Shown: positions 53,075 through 64,000 of the stretch, piece after piece
Layout: each line of letters begins with the position of its first letter
Numbering within the stretch: position 1 is the first letter of the stretch
NCBI GenBank assembly: GCA_965649765.1
Contig: OZ287754.1
Location: 56,296,001-56,360,000, forward strand
Reading direction: 5' to 3'
DNA from: Bispira polyomma
Lineage: Eukaryota
Length of the DNA stretch: 64,000 nt
Translations under genes and position numbers: made by a program
The notes under the pieces: model-generated
The model's database searches: none
Told to the model about the DNA's origin: nothing
Seen by the model: only the letters and a program-made list of their open reading frames with translations

Positions 53075-55842
53075 GGGCGAGAAATCTAAAGTCACAAGCA
53101 GACAGATTTACAGATGTCAACTATGGCTCTGCTACCTATATTGGTTATTAATTTGGCCACCACTAGCAAGTGTCACCCCACGAATTATAAACAGATTTCA
53201 TGGAATATAATTAATGTCAAATGTTGTACACACCCTTCATTAGGCATAAACTGTTGTATGGAAAAGTATGAGCTCTAGATGCATAGGCACCCAGGGCTTC
53301 AGCTTTCACCCCAAGGTCAGATCACTGCCACACGGTTGGGGTTTTAGACTCCAGCACTTCAAGGACTGTTACCCAGCTTTTGATTGGCTCAGCCTCTGCC
53401 CTTTACCTGTGTAACACTGTGGGGTCATTCTTCTTTACAAAATCAGTAGTGCAATACCACTCCATAGACAATTTGTCTCCCACCCACTTACCTAGCTTCA
53501 GATGTTACGGGAGGGGGGGGGGGGGGGGTGGGGGGGGGTGAAGGATTATTACTGGGCTTATTTACACCAGAAATTTACATCAGCTTCAGTCTGATCATTT
53601 CATATGTAACAAATTTTAACCAATGTAATGTTTTAACTCTATTTAACGGTATACCATATTTAACTGTATGCATATTCCTCTGTGAAGGGGTCATAATGAT
53701 CTATTATAATGTACTCATGTATGCCAATGATTATATTAAATGGGCAGTTAATGAGCCCATTATTAGTGGTTTTAGTTGAAACCAGTAATCTCAACATCAA
53801 TATTTTATCATGGTTAACTTTAAGTGAAAGTAACACTGGTTATTAGTATTAATTATTTTGAAGTATAATGTTGAGAGGTTATGAATTAATGTTATGTATT
53901 GTTATAACATGAAGAGGGAGACCAGTTGGCCTCATGGTGTGTTGTAACTAATTAGCTGTTTATTGACAGCTTAGGTTAGGGTTCACGGTATATGTTGAAC
54001 ACCTTTGTTAGGTATATCTTACTAATTTTAGTTGTTATGGAATGTAGAATAAGTAATAAAATATTAAAAAACAACTGTTTTCATACTGACTTGAGGGGCA
54101 GGAGATCTGTGCATGATGGATCGAATATTTGTGCCCAAACACCATATGCATCAAATGATCCATGTGGATGTAAACTTACCCAAATTATCTATTCAAATGA
54201 TTTTGACAAAACTTTGTGGACAGGTGGTGAATTGGCAAAAAAAAAACCATCGCGAAGTACGCATACCTCTTTCTATAACAATGTCTAAAACTCTATGTAC
54301 ACTTTATATCTGAAACTCTTCACCCTGTATCTGAAACTACAACTCTTGTAAATACATGTACTCTTCTCCCTAATGTGACAGCAAAAAAGCAAAATGAAGC
54401 TATGTGTATACTTTTATATAGCAGAGCAAATGTAATCCAAGTGTTTAGCCTCCAGAGAGGCAGTCATTCGTACACTCTATATATAATTTCCTTCTGTTTA
54501 TACTGACCTACTTCTGTTTTATTTATCTTATATTATCCAAAAATGCTTGCTCCCAAGTGTGTTTGCAAATAAAAAGAGCTTTTATTTAAACCAGAGTGAA
54601 ATACACCACTGTGAGCTTCATAATGGAGTGGAATAGCTTAATAGAATGTTCGTAAAATAGAATAGGTATTTTAGTATACATGAATTGGAATATGAATATT
54701 TGGAAGACTGAATAACCTTTGATAAACTAAGCATATTCTGTATAAAAATCTAAGAGAAAGACTGAACCGGTGTAACTGGAACTCTGCTAAGTTAGGTACC
54801 CTAATATAATTATTTCTCATGATCCCATGAGCTTTTAAAAATTACAAGAACACATATAGTTTGTCTTGCTGTGTATATTAGTACCACTTTGAAAGTGATA
54901 AAGCACATATAATCAGCTGATGAGATTGAGGAATTAACCAATCAATACATATACAATTTAAATAACTGCTATATTGATTTCGCTAAAGAAAATACACATA
55001 TATGTGCAATAAGACATTGGTAAACTGGATTTAATACTGTCTTGAAAATATACATCTACATACACTGCATAATAGACCATATGCTACAAGCAAACACAAC
55101 CTTTACAGAGAGTCAATACTTATTTTGTATTGTAAAACATAAAGGTTTGACACAAAATATTTCTTTTTCATTTTAACTGATGTGCCTTTTAAAATTTTGA
55201 TACGGCTGTTATAGAATGTAACTAATCATAAATATATTTAGATAATTATGTTTGAATAAAACAATGAAACAAATTGATGGTGACACTTTAAAACAACAAA
55301 TGACTGGTGAATTTATCAAGTATTACAGTATTTACCTCAAGTAAAAATGACAGATAGATTCAACGTTTGGTATATTTGCAAACACAAATATAGAAAAACT
55401 TAACATGTAAAAGGACACATGTAACCCCACACCAATACTTCAACTTAAAACCTTATGAATACAGGAATAAATTTATAAACTAGGTCCTCTCCCTAGTTCT
55501 GCCACTGAAGACATACATAAAATAACAGATAGTCTTTAACAATTCACAAGTTCAACATGTGTTTATCTTTGATACGAAGACATTTCAAGGGAAATAATAT
55601 CAGTCCCCATCACTGGGGGATATGATTGAAATCAAGGTCAAGATTGTTCAGGGTCAAGTTGCAATTCTATAAGGTCATAATATGTTGTAAAGATAATAAG
55701 AAGGTAGTAAAAGATTAAGTTTGAGTATTTATTTTTTACATGTTAGTATATATATATATATATTACAGACAACCTTAACATAGTATAAGAATTGCTCAAA
55801 AATTTTAAAAATAGAAGTAAAAATTTTTAGCCCCAAGCCAAA

Positions 55843-56794
55843 CTAGAAAGAAGAAGGGATGTTAGCCGCAAAAGTTAGAGGGACCACAGAAGCTGCTTGG
55901 GAGGTTTTTTGTAGATAGGTCCACACGGCAGAAGATCTCCAAAGACCATGGGACATAATGTTTTGAAGAGATACATTATTGTTAAAAGCGAAAGTAGCTC
56001 CAGACCTTCTGAAAGTGTGAAATCCATGGGAACTATATTGCAATCCTATCTGTGAGAGAACTGTTTGTAATGCTGCCCTAATGTGTGAATCCACTATTGT
56101 GGGATAAGGTGCTTTGGCCTGTGCAAACAAAGGTTGGTTATTGTCCAATTTCCTAGATTGAAGGAGAGCTATTAAAGCCCTAACTGGGCACAATAATTTA
56201 TTCTGAAGGGTTGGAATTTGAATAACATGTGTGTCCGTTCTGTTTTGTAGGTTTTTCGCCCACTTTAGTATGATGTGGGCTCCCGGGTGACCAAAGACCA
56301 CATCTTGTCTGAGGAAATGTCTGGACGAATCAAAACTTGCCCTAGAGTGGGGGAAAATATTTTGATAACCTTAAAAGCCCGAAAAATGCTACCAAGAAGA
56401 TTGCCCTAAACGAGATTGGGTCATCCAAAATCTCACATGTGGCTGAAATGTGCAGTAATTGCTGAATAGTAAAAATCCCCTTAGGTTTGGGTCTAAAAGT
56501 AGAATTGTGAGATAAACTCCTGAGAAAAAGAGACACTGAATTGTGCGTGAAAGGAGAGAGGTCCCATGAATATTTATTCGCAATAAATCTAAGTGCAGCC
56601 ATGTAATTTTTGATGGCTCCAGGGGATAATTGATTTTGTGCCAAATATTCCAAAAAGGCAATTACAGCATGTGTAGTAATGTGTTGGATACCTGAGAATT
56701 GTAAAAAAGCAAGAAAAGTTTTAAATTGTCCTTCATATGCTGAATTAGACTTTGGTCTTAAAGCAGTATTGATCCTAGCCCATGTTGTTTCCAT
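55843..56794 (-). pseudogene. Tyrosine recombinase with a single +1 frameshift
   Basis: N-terminal core-binding-like part, GLLR (R), KWAK (K), HTFRR (HxxR), HGLW and WTY (Y). Removing one A near 56362 joins 'GLLRLS' to 'NIFPHSRASFDSSRHFLRQDVVFGHPG'. Confidence 0.92.
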
Positions 56795-56827
56795 AAGCCG
56801 CTGTGTAATAGGTGTAGAATCTTGAAA

Positions 56828-59476
56828 TTAAATTGTTAAGTTTAAGTCAAAGTATTCAAGTGGGACTGACCTCCAAACATTATTATGTCTAATTGATTGC
56901 AATAAATTATTGTCAATGCCTTTTACTGAATATATTCTAGATAATGCATCAGCAATTATGTTGTTTTTTCCAGGAATGTGTTTAATCTCAAGAGTAATAT
57001 CATATGCTGCTGTAATTAGCCATATGTTTCTTAAGCAAAGTGCTAAAAATTTATCTCTAGTCTTCTGTGATTCAACTACCAGAACCACAGCCATATTATC
57101 GCAGTTGATGCTCAATTTCTGGTGCTTCCACTGTTCGGCCCAAATTTTTAGTGCGATGATGATATTCAACATTTCCAAATGAACAATTGTCAATTTGCCG
57201 TTGAAAATATCATGAAATGGGGTGGCATACACCTCGTTATTCCAAACTCCCCCGAATCCGGTGAGACAGGCATCCAAATGCAACTCGTTTGCGTGCGAAA
57301 TAATGTCTTTCCGTATATATGTTATACCATTAAATTTTTCCAAAAATTTTATGAACCATTGGATGTCAGCTTGCATTTCACCGCTGACCTTAAATCTTTT
57401 GTTCATGCTATTATTTCTAAAAGCAGCTAATAACCTGTTAATGAATATCCTGGCAGGGGCGACGCATTTGTGAATATAAAGCAATTGACCCAGGAGCGAT
57501 TGAAATTTTGTTTTAGAAATATATTTTTTATCATGCACTTCGAGGCATGTTTTGTTAACTTCCTGTAATTTTTCAAGCTGGATACTAATTGTGCCTGCTG
57601 TGATGTCAAAGTCTATACCCAGACACGTAAGTTTCTTAGTGGGTGGAGTAAGCTTATCCGCATTAAGAGGTAGGCCTAGTTTCGTCATGATATCATATAA
57701 CATATCAAAACCCGCTTGGGCGTGTTTTCTTGACGCAACGCAAACGTAATCGTCTATATATCCGAATACCTGGTAACCATGGCTACCCATAAATGACGTT
57801 ATTGCGTCGGTACAACGCTGGAAGGCTGCGCTACCGTGGACCCAGCCGAACGCAATTGCCGGATCAACATAGTATTCATTGTCCCAAAATATTCCTAGTT
57901 TCATGGCGTCGACTGGGTCAACACGTAAGTTCCGAAACGCGCGCGTAACGTCAATTTTAAATAGTACTGGATCATCAGTATTCCGAATTGCTTCTGTAAT
58001 GTTATCAATGCTTGGAAACTTCAATATAAACGCCACTCCGTCAAATTTGTCCCTATCAACGTTATCATTAACCGAGGCCCCTTGTGGGTAAGAAAGGTTC
58101 AATATGACTCGACGCTTTGTAATATCTTTTGGCCTAGTGAGTAGTGGTGAACAATTATACTGTGGATCCGAAATGTCCTTAGTAGGCCCCAACATGGCCC
58201 CTAATGATTTTTCCTTTTCCAAGTATTGCCTTACTGCATCCGGGTACTGAGCAGCTGAGAAATGATTAGTTACCTTATGATTTGTTATCCCATCTGGTTG
58301 TGTCAGGGACAGAGGGAATTCAAACTTAATGTATTGGATTAATAACTGGTCAGGATATTCCTGTAATAAGTTCTTCCATGCTTCGATCTGTAAGCCTGAG
58401 TTAATAGGTATCCTAGCCTGTCTATAATTGGGAAGCCCTGTTTCCTTAATGATTTCAGGGACCCTTGAAATTTCTGAAATATCCTTAATGGTAACGGCCT
58501 GCCTATCAGGACCTATAAATTCAAAGTTTGTGGGGGACAGAGCTATGAACCCTGTAACCTTATTGGGATTGTTGATGTCAGTGGTGTTTCTGATAACAGG
58601 TTCACTGGCCATTTTTAGCATGTCCCTAAATTGTTCTGAAGAAGCCGGATTTGTGATGACATCACAAAGCGAATGACTCTTACCTGTTTCATTTTTCCCA
58701 GCCATGTTGTCGGTCTTACAATTTCTCGTACGACCTTCATCATTATCTACATTATCTGTGTTATTGTCAGTCTCTTTACAGTCATCAATCATGCAGTCAA
58801 TAACTTGTTCCATATACATAGTATAGTCCATGTTGTATCTGTCCAAACATGTCATATCTCTGTCATAAAACAATTTAATGTCCCCAGCTTGTCGTTTGTC
58901 TTTTGCAGAAACATAATTGTATTTGATATCATACTGGATATCTTGACATTCCTGATATTCTAACATTACAGAAAACGAATTTAAAATTGTTAGTAAAGCA
59001 GAAGGTTCAAATTCCATTTTGTTATAATAATGAACACCAGCAGCCTGATCCCAGTTTTGACAGTAGAAATGTTTAAATAAGCCATTGTGACTGTGAATGT
59101 ATACTATGGGAGAGAAAAATTCCCCCCTGTTACTTACGTAATTCCAATTTGTGACGTCTATTCTTACTTCACATGTTTTGCTGCTGCTGTTCATATCTGC
59201 TTGGTTATACTCTAGACCTTTAGCGCTATCAGATCTGACATACTGACCAGTGTTCTTATGTTCTGCTTGTAACACATTTGTATGGGGTACCTCATGACCC
59301 CTACCTGTAGAACCTTGTACCAGAACGTTATGACTCACATTATTTTCCTTATGGTCTGCTTGTGAGACACCTGTGTTGTGTACATTATAGCCTATATCTG
59401 GAAAACCTTGAACAAGAATATTATGACTGACATTATTTCCATTAATGACATTTATCACTCTGTGACAATTTGGCAT
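56828..59476 (-). CDS. DIRS/Ngaro-type reverse transcriptase-RNase H, intact 882-aa ORF
   Basis: RT motifs SPLLTRPK, RVILNLS, KIDVTRAFRNL, FGWVHGS and YIDD. RNase H motifs DACLTGFGG, HLEMLN, CDNMAVV and HIPGKNNIIADALSR. Confidence 0.95.
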   Translation of the reverse strand: MPNCHRVINVINGNNVSHNILVQGFPDIGYNVHNTGVSQADHKENNVSHNVLVQGSTGRGHEVPHTNVLQAEHKNTGQYVRSDSAKGLEYNQADMNSSSKTCEVRIDVTNWNYVSNRGEFFSPIVYIHSHNGLFKHFYCQNWDQAAGVHYYNKMEFEPSALLTILNSFSVMLEYQECQDIQYDIKYNYVSAKDKRQAGDIKLFYDRDMTCLDRYNMDYTMYMEQVIDCMIDDCKETDNNTDNVDNDEGRTRNCKTDNMAGKNETGKSHSLCDVITNPASSEQFRDMLKMASEPVIRNTTDINNPNKVTGFIALSPTNFEFIGPDRQAVTIKDISEISRVPEIIKETGLPNYRQARIPINSGLQIEAWKNLLQEYPDQLLIQYIKFEFPLSLTQPDGITNHKVTNHFSAAQYPDAVRQYLEKEKSLGAMLGPTKDISDPQYNCSPLLTRPKDITKRRVILNLSYPQGASVNDNVDRDKFDGVAFILKFPSIDNITEAIRNTDDPVLFKIDVTRAFRNLRVDPVDAMKLGIFWDNEYYVDPAIAFGWVHGSAAFQRCTDAITSFMGSHGYQVFGYIDDYVCVASRKHAQAGFDMLYDIMTKLGLPLNADKLTPPTKKLTCLGIDFDITAGTISIQLEKLQEVNKTCLEVHDKKYISKTKFQSLLGQLLYIHKCVAPARIFINRLLAAFRNNSMNKRFKVSGEMQADIQWFIKFLEKFNGITYIRKDIISHANELHLDACLTGFGGVWNNEVYATPFHDIFNGKLTIVHLEMLNIIIALKIWAEQWKHQKLSINCDNMAVVLVVESQKTRDKFLALCLRNIWLITAAYDITLEIKHIPGKNNIIADALSRIYSVKGIDNNLLQSIRHNNVWRSVPLEYFDLNLTI

Positions 59477-59677
59477 ATAGTTTATAGATTGGGTAACTAT
59501 TGTATCAATTTCAGCTTCATTTACTATCTTAATATGATTGTAATTGTTCTTATCGACATTTAATTGCTGCTTCTTATCATTCTCTACTATTCTATTAGCA
59601 ATTAAATGACTGTTCTTTCTGTCCTTATCAGTACACTCAGTACTTATGGCATGTGATTCTGATAGTTGAAAATTTAC

Positions 59678-61305
59678 CTATTTATTTGATACAGAATTTT
59701 CTGACTGTTTGTTGGCATTAGCCCTGTAACACTTGAATTCAGGGTGACTTTGTTCTTTACCTAGTACCTTGCTGCAATACCAGCAGTTATGTTTATAATT
59801 ACCGTGGTCTGATTTATGGGAGCATTTACCAGTGTTAAACAGTTTGCAGATCATCTTGGCCTCGTTCGAATTCCCTCCTTGCGTCGTACGGTTACTGTCG
59901 TTGTGGGTACCATTAGCCATCGCAAGTTGAGAGGCATTAAGCCTGTTCAATGCCCATTGCGTGTTTTCCTGCCAGGACAGCCGACCCTCCTCCACCTCCT
60001 GCATATTGAGGGCCCAGGCTGTCCTGACCACCGGCCATGGTAATGAAGCGGCATCCCGCATGGCATATACAAGCTGAAGCATCATGCTCCTCATAAGCGC
60101 ATTGTCTTGTACTTGCAGAGCATTGGAAATTTGCCCTGCCGCCCACTGGGGCAGTGAGAGTTCATCGTAGGTCGGACGTTTTCGGGCGGTACCCCCGACC
60201 CATCCCTAGTTCGGCCATCGAAATTGAGCATCCTCTGTCGTGACGTCGGTACTGTTAAATCTGCCGGATTTTGTTCTCGAGTTCACCTTACCTTGGAGCA
60301 AGTGCTTGTGCGCCAATGCTTCGTATTCAGCCAATTGTCGTGAGACAGCAGATTGGACACTGGGTATGGCCCTGAGAGCATAAACACTGGGCACTATTCC
60401 GTCCTTCTGATACTCGTGAGCATTAAACGGCTGTGGCTGGATCTGCTGGGCCTGCGGCAAGCCAATCCCTGCCTGCAGTGTCATTGGGTTATGAACTGGT
60501 GTCTGCCCAGTGTGAGGGGTACTTAACGACGTTTGTAGCTGTTGATGGATCATGGGGTTGTATATACCCGCTACACCCGGTGGCATGTGTGCTGTTAATT
60601 GTGTTGTCGGTTGTGTGTAAGCCGCACTTAACCCCAGTCCACTGGTAGGTGCCGCCAGGGAATCTGCCACTGTATTTCGTAGGGGCGGTGGGGTGTGAAC
60701 AGCACCTAATCCTGGATCCTGGGGTTGTATATACAGTGCCCAGTGTGAGGGGTACTTAACGACGTTTGTAGCTGTTGATGGATCATGGGGTTGTATACAC
60801 CCGGTGGCATGTGCGCTGTTAACTGTGTTGTCGGTTGTGTATGAGCCGCATTTAACCCCAGTCCACTGGTAGGTACAGCCAGGGAATCTGCCGATGTATT
60901 TCATAGTGCATCACTTAATCTGTTAGTGGGCATCGCCGTGTACTGGCTTTCCAGCCCAGAGTTATCAGGGGAGTTCTGTATGGGCCCGTTATTTGCTGTC
61001 CTAGCTTCCACTCTCTCTATACGCTGGGACAGTGATATGTTGGAAGACTCGAGGCGTCTTAAAATAGAGAGCATCTCGTCCGAGCCCTCAGAAGTAGTAG
61101 GAGGGATCGTGGTAAAACAAGTGTTACTGGCCGAGGACTGTGTACCCTGTCCCGTATTTGTAGCAGGATTTGCTAAAGTAGCGTTTATAGAAGTCGATAC
61201 CTGTTCTACTGTGTCCTTTGTCACCTTCAGTACTTTGGTAGCTCGAGTCGTGGGCTTCTTTTGCTTAACAATACTGTGTAGAGCCCCCTTTGTATTTTTC
61301 CCCAT
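59678..61305 (-). pseudogene. gag-like ORF1 with two nonsense changes and one frameshift
   Basis: Contains 'WPN*GW...PTYDELSLPQW...WPVVRTAW...VEEGRLSW' and a terminal Cys/His finger 'CKLFNTGKC...KHNCWYC...HPEFKC'. Stops at 60901-60903 and 60206-60208; frame change at an internal duplication. Confidence 0.8.
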
Positions 61306-62621
61306 GATTCACTATAACCCTTTAGCACTAACTGTGCGACACAATATGTAAAATGTAAATACAGTTCAATGTAAAATAAAGTAAAATAAAAGTTTTTGTT
61401 CCCTTTAAAATTGACTTGTTGTTCCTTCAAATTCGGAATTTAATATGGTGGCTTTATGTTTTTGCGGGAAGAAGGTAGCATTCGAGCCCTCTCATTGGTT
61501 AGTGTTGAGATTGACAGATGGGCTTAATAATAGTCATTCTAACCTAATGAAATTTAAGGTAGCAGAGTAAAAGTGTGTGGACTGATGTAGCAGTCCCCTA
61601 AAGGTGTTCTGCTTACCAAACACTGCCGATATCAATGCACAAGACACAAGGGCATTTCTGTCATGTTGGAACTGGTAACTTCTATCATGACAACATATTT
61701 ATTTTAGATACAAATGCATTCAAAGGCATATTGTATAACTGTTATGCTTTTCATGAATCTATGAATAATTGTATGCATCTTTGTACATAGACAAACTTGT
61801 GGTTTTGTTGACAATTATATCGGAAATTACAGTGTTTGTTTGAGGACTATATTGTGTAAGTCAAGTATACTGTAGAGTGAGTTGGCTCTTTCCTATAATA
61901 TTTTAAGCTAATCATAGAACTACGTTCCTGTTTTGTTTGTGGGTGCTCTTGGTAACCAAAAATGTTCTTTTGGACATGAATGATAACTTACAGAGGATAG
62001 AATTTTATGAAGTTGAAATAGGATTTTTAAACTGACCCGTTGGAGAGGTAAGGTAATTTACTGTAGCTATCATTTGATGAAGTTGAAATAGGATTTATAA
62101 AGTGACTCATTATTTACAGTCTATAATAATAAGCACACCATCAAAACTACCAATATTTTAGTAGATTCTGAACAAAAGTACATAAAGTTAGCACAATACT
62201 ATTCCAAGTTTTCATTATAATATGTCTGAAAAATAACCATGATATTTGGGGATTTATGATTACTTGCATGAAATGTAAGGCAAAGCATGGACTGACTTAT
62301 GTACTATTATAATAATATGTACTCGTTTTTGTATACTAATTAAGGTAACATTTAACACACTGACAAATGGCTTGGTTCAATATTAGAATGTTTGCAAATT
62401 AAATAATATTTATCAATTCAATGGTGATTTTTACCTGACCAAGAAATGTGTCATATTTTACAGGAAATGTAATATTGTAATATAATCAAGTATAAATCAC
62501 TTCAGAAAAATAAATCCTTTTAAACACATTTTATGTTTTCAATATGTTAACAATTTACTTTTCACTAAATCTTGTATCGGAAAATTTTGTACAAGACATA
62601 TATTTTTTTGTTTTACAGATA

Positions 62622-63573
62622 ATGGCAACCTCTGTATCAAATCCGTTAGAAGAACTTATTACATGCAGTGTGTGTCTAGAAATTTACAACAATCCCCACA
62701 TACTAAGGTGTCTCCATACCTACTGCTACCAGTTTATACAGGATGTAAAGGAAGGGAACAGGGTTCAGTGTCCTGACTGTAGAAAGGACACAGATATTAA
62801 TGACATTCAAAAAGACTTTTAAAGTGCAAAGCTTGATTGACATTCATGACAAACCAAAAGACCAGAATCTTAAAACTTCTACTCAAATAGTGTGTGATGT
62901 TTGTGAAGAGTCGGGGAAGCCTGTTCAGTCTTACTGTTCAAACTGTGAGGAGCATTTATGTGCTGACTGTGCTAAAGCTCATAGAGGGATGAAGCTTACC
63001 AAAAGCCACAAACTAATTGCATTCAAAGAACTACACAAGTCAAAACAAAATCAAGTGGAAGAACATATCACTCTCCTCAGGAATGAACAGGCAGCTGTAG
63101 ATGGAAAACTCACCAGTAACAGAGAACTGATAAATAATATACGTCAGGCAGAGGTTAGACAAGTAGCAGAGGTCAATAGGTGCAGGACAGTAATAAAACA
63201 ACATGTAGATGACCATCATGATGGACTCATTGAAGAACTACAGACTATCAATAAGGATGTAGTAGAAACTCTAGAACAGCAGGGACAATTACTTACACAA
63301 GCCAAACAACAACTCCAGGACAAGGTCAACTTCTTGTCTCACATTTCCCAAAGTCAGGATTATTCAGTATTAACTGATACATTGAATAACCTAAGTAAAC
63401 AAGTTCAACAGGCAATTAAAGAAATACGCACAGGATTACCTAAATTTGATGCACACACAAGGTCTCCAGTTACTGTTGTCAAGGGTGAAGACTGGGACCC
63501 TCTAAAGTCCACTAGACTGGAGATTGCCGGTGCAGCACTGGTCACTAGGGAGCATGCAATACCCCAGACCATG
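62622..63573 (+). pseudogene. TRIM-like RING/B-box/coiled-coil exon with 1-nt frameshift
   Basis: Acceptor ttttacag at 62618 and ATG at 62622. RING 'CSVC...CLHTYCYQF...CPDC'; extra T at 62817-62820; B-box 'CDVC...CSNCEEHLCADCAKAH...H'; coiled coil; donor ATG|GTAAGA at 63573. Confidence 0.85.
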
Positions 63574-63742
63574 GTAAGACTAATTGGACTATTAAAAGTT
63601 AAGCAGGTCATACTAAATACCTTATGGACAGTTTATGTACACCCATATGTTATTTATGAATGCTTGGTCAGTTAATTACATCAATTAGACATTGTATAAT
63701 TAAATTTCCATCATTAAACAAGTGTATGAGGTGATTTTAAAA

Positions 63743-63926
63743 CGTAGAACCTCTATTATCTCAACATGTTGAGAGAGCAAGATTGGGCTAATATAATCTT
63801 TTTATAATAGAACAGGCATTTGTATATAAAACAATTGAAAAAACAAACAATTGACATTAAGGAAGTAGAAATAAGTTTATGAAATCAAATATTCCAGTAA
63901 TAGTGTGGGTAATTGAGGTTCTATTG
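63743..63926. mobile_element. Tc1/mariner-type MITE
   Basis: 'gtagaacctctattatc' ... 'gtaattgaggttctattg' inverted ends; related to 16250-16435. Confidence 0.5.
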
Positions 63927-64000
63927 ATACACAAATTCTACTTATGCTGTTTCTACTTAGTCTTATGCAAATGGGTTAGCATAGTTTAACAGTGTCAATG

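Larger units (their letters stand above)
55698..61478 (-). mobile_element. Tyrosine-recombinase retrotransposon (DIRS order, Ngaro-like; no methyltransferase)
   Basis: gag-like, RT-RNase H and YR ORFs in series on the minus strand; AATAAA near 55730. Ends are inferred from a 10-bp direct repeat and are tentative. Confidence 0.9.

Noticed and set aside
53510-53540. Poly-G tract (also poly-C near 4240 and 19990) as possible G-quadruplex
   Set aside because: Simple homopolymers with no supporting context.

Overview
AT-rich animal genomic DNA (inference: an invertebrate, probably lophotrochozoan-like), almost entirely transposons, their relics and local tandem duplications. Large elements: (i) a decayed Ty3/Gypsy LTR retrotransposon with the Gmr1-type order gag-PR-IN-RT-RH (39800-46114); (ii) a decayed L2/CR1-group LINE (about 50400-53074); (iii) a minus-strand tyrosine-recombinase (Ngaro/DIRS-order) retrotransposon (about 55698-61478). 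Element (iii) has an intact 882-aa RT-RNase H ORF. Its gag C-terminal half, pol and YR start share one reading frame, separated only by single stop codons, and it shows only a 10-bp terminal direct repeat. This is the most unusual system in the window. One host-type exon at 62619-63573 encodes a TRIM-like RING/B-box1/coiled-coil protein with a frameshift and no B-box2. Also present: a ~3.1-kb tandem triplication (1-7260), a ~7-7.6-kb tandem duplication (22945-37647), a 1.5-kb foldback element inside (TA)n, tRNA-derived SINEs, MITEs, a Crypton-like non-autonomous element, a 156-bp TG..CA solo-LTR-like element containing a tRNA-like Pol III promoter, and a Helentron-like element with five tandem copies of its 3' terminus. 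All alignments and identities are by eye; no database searches were run.
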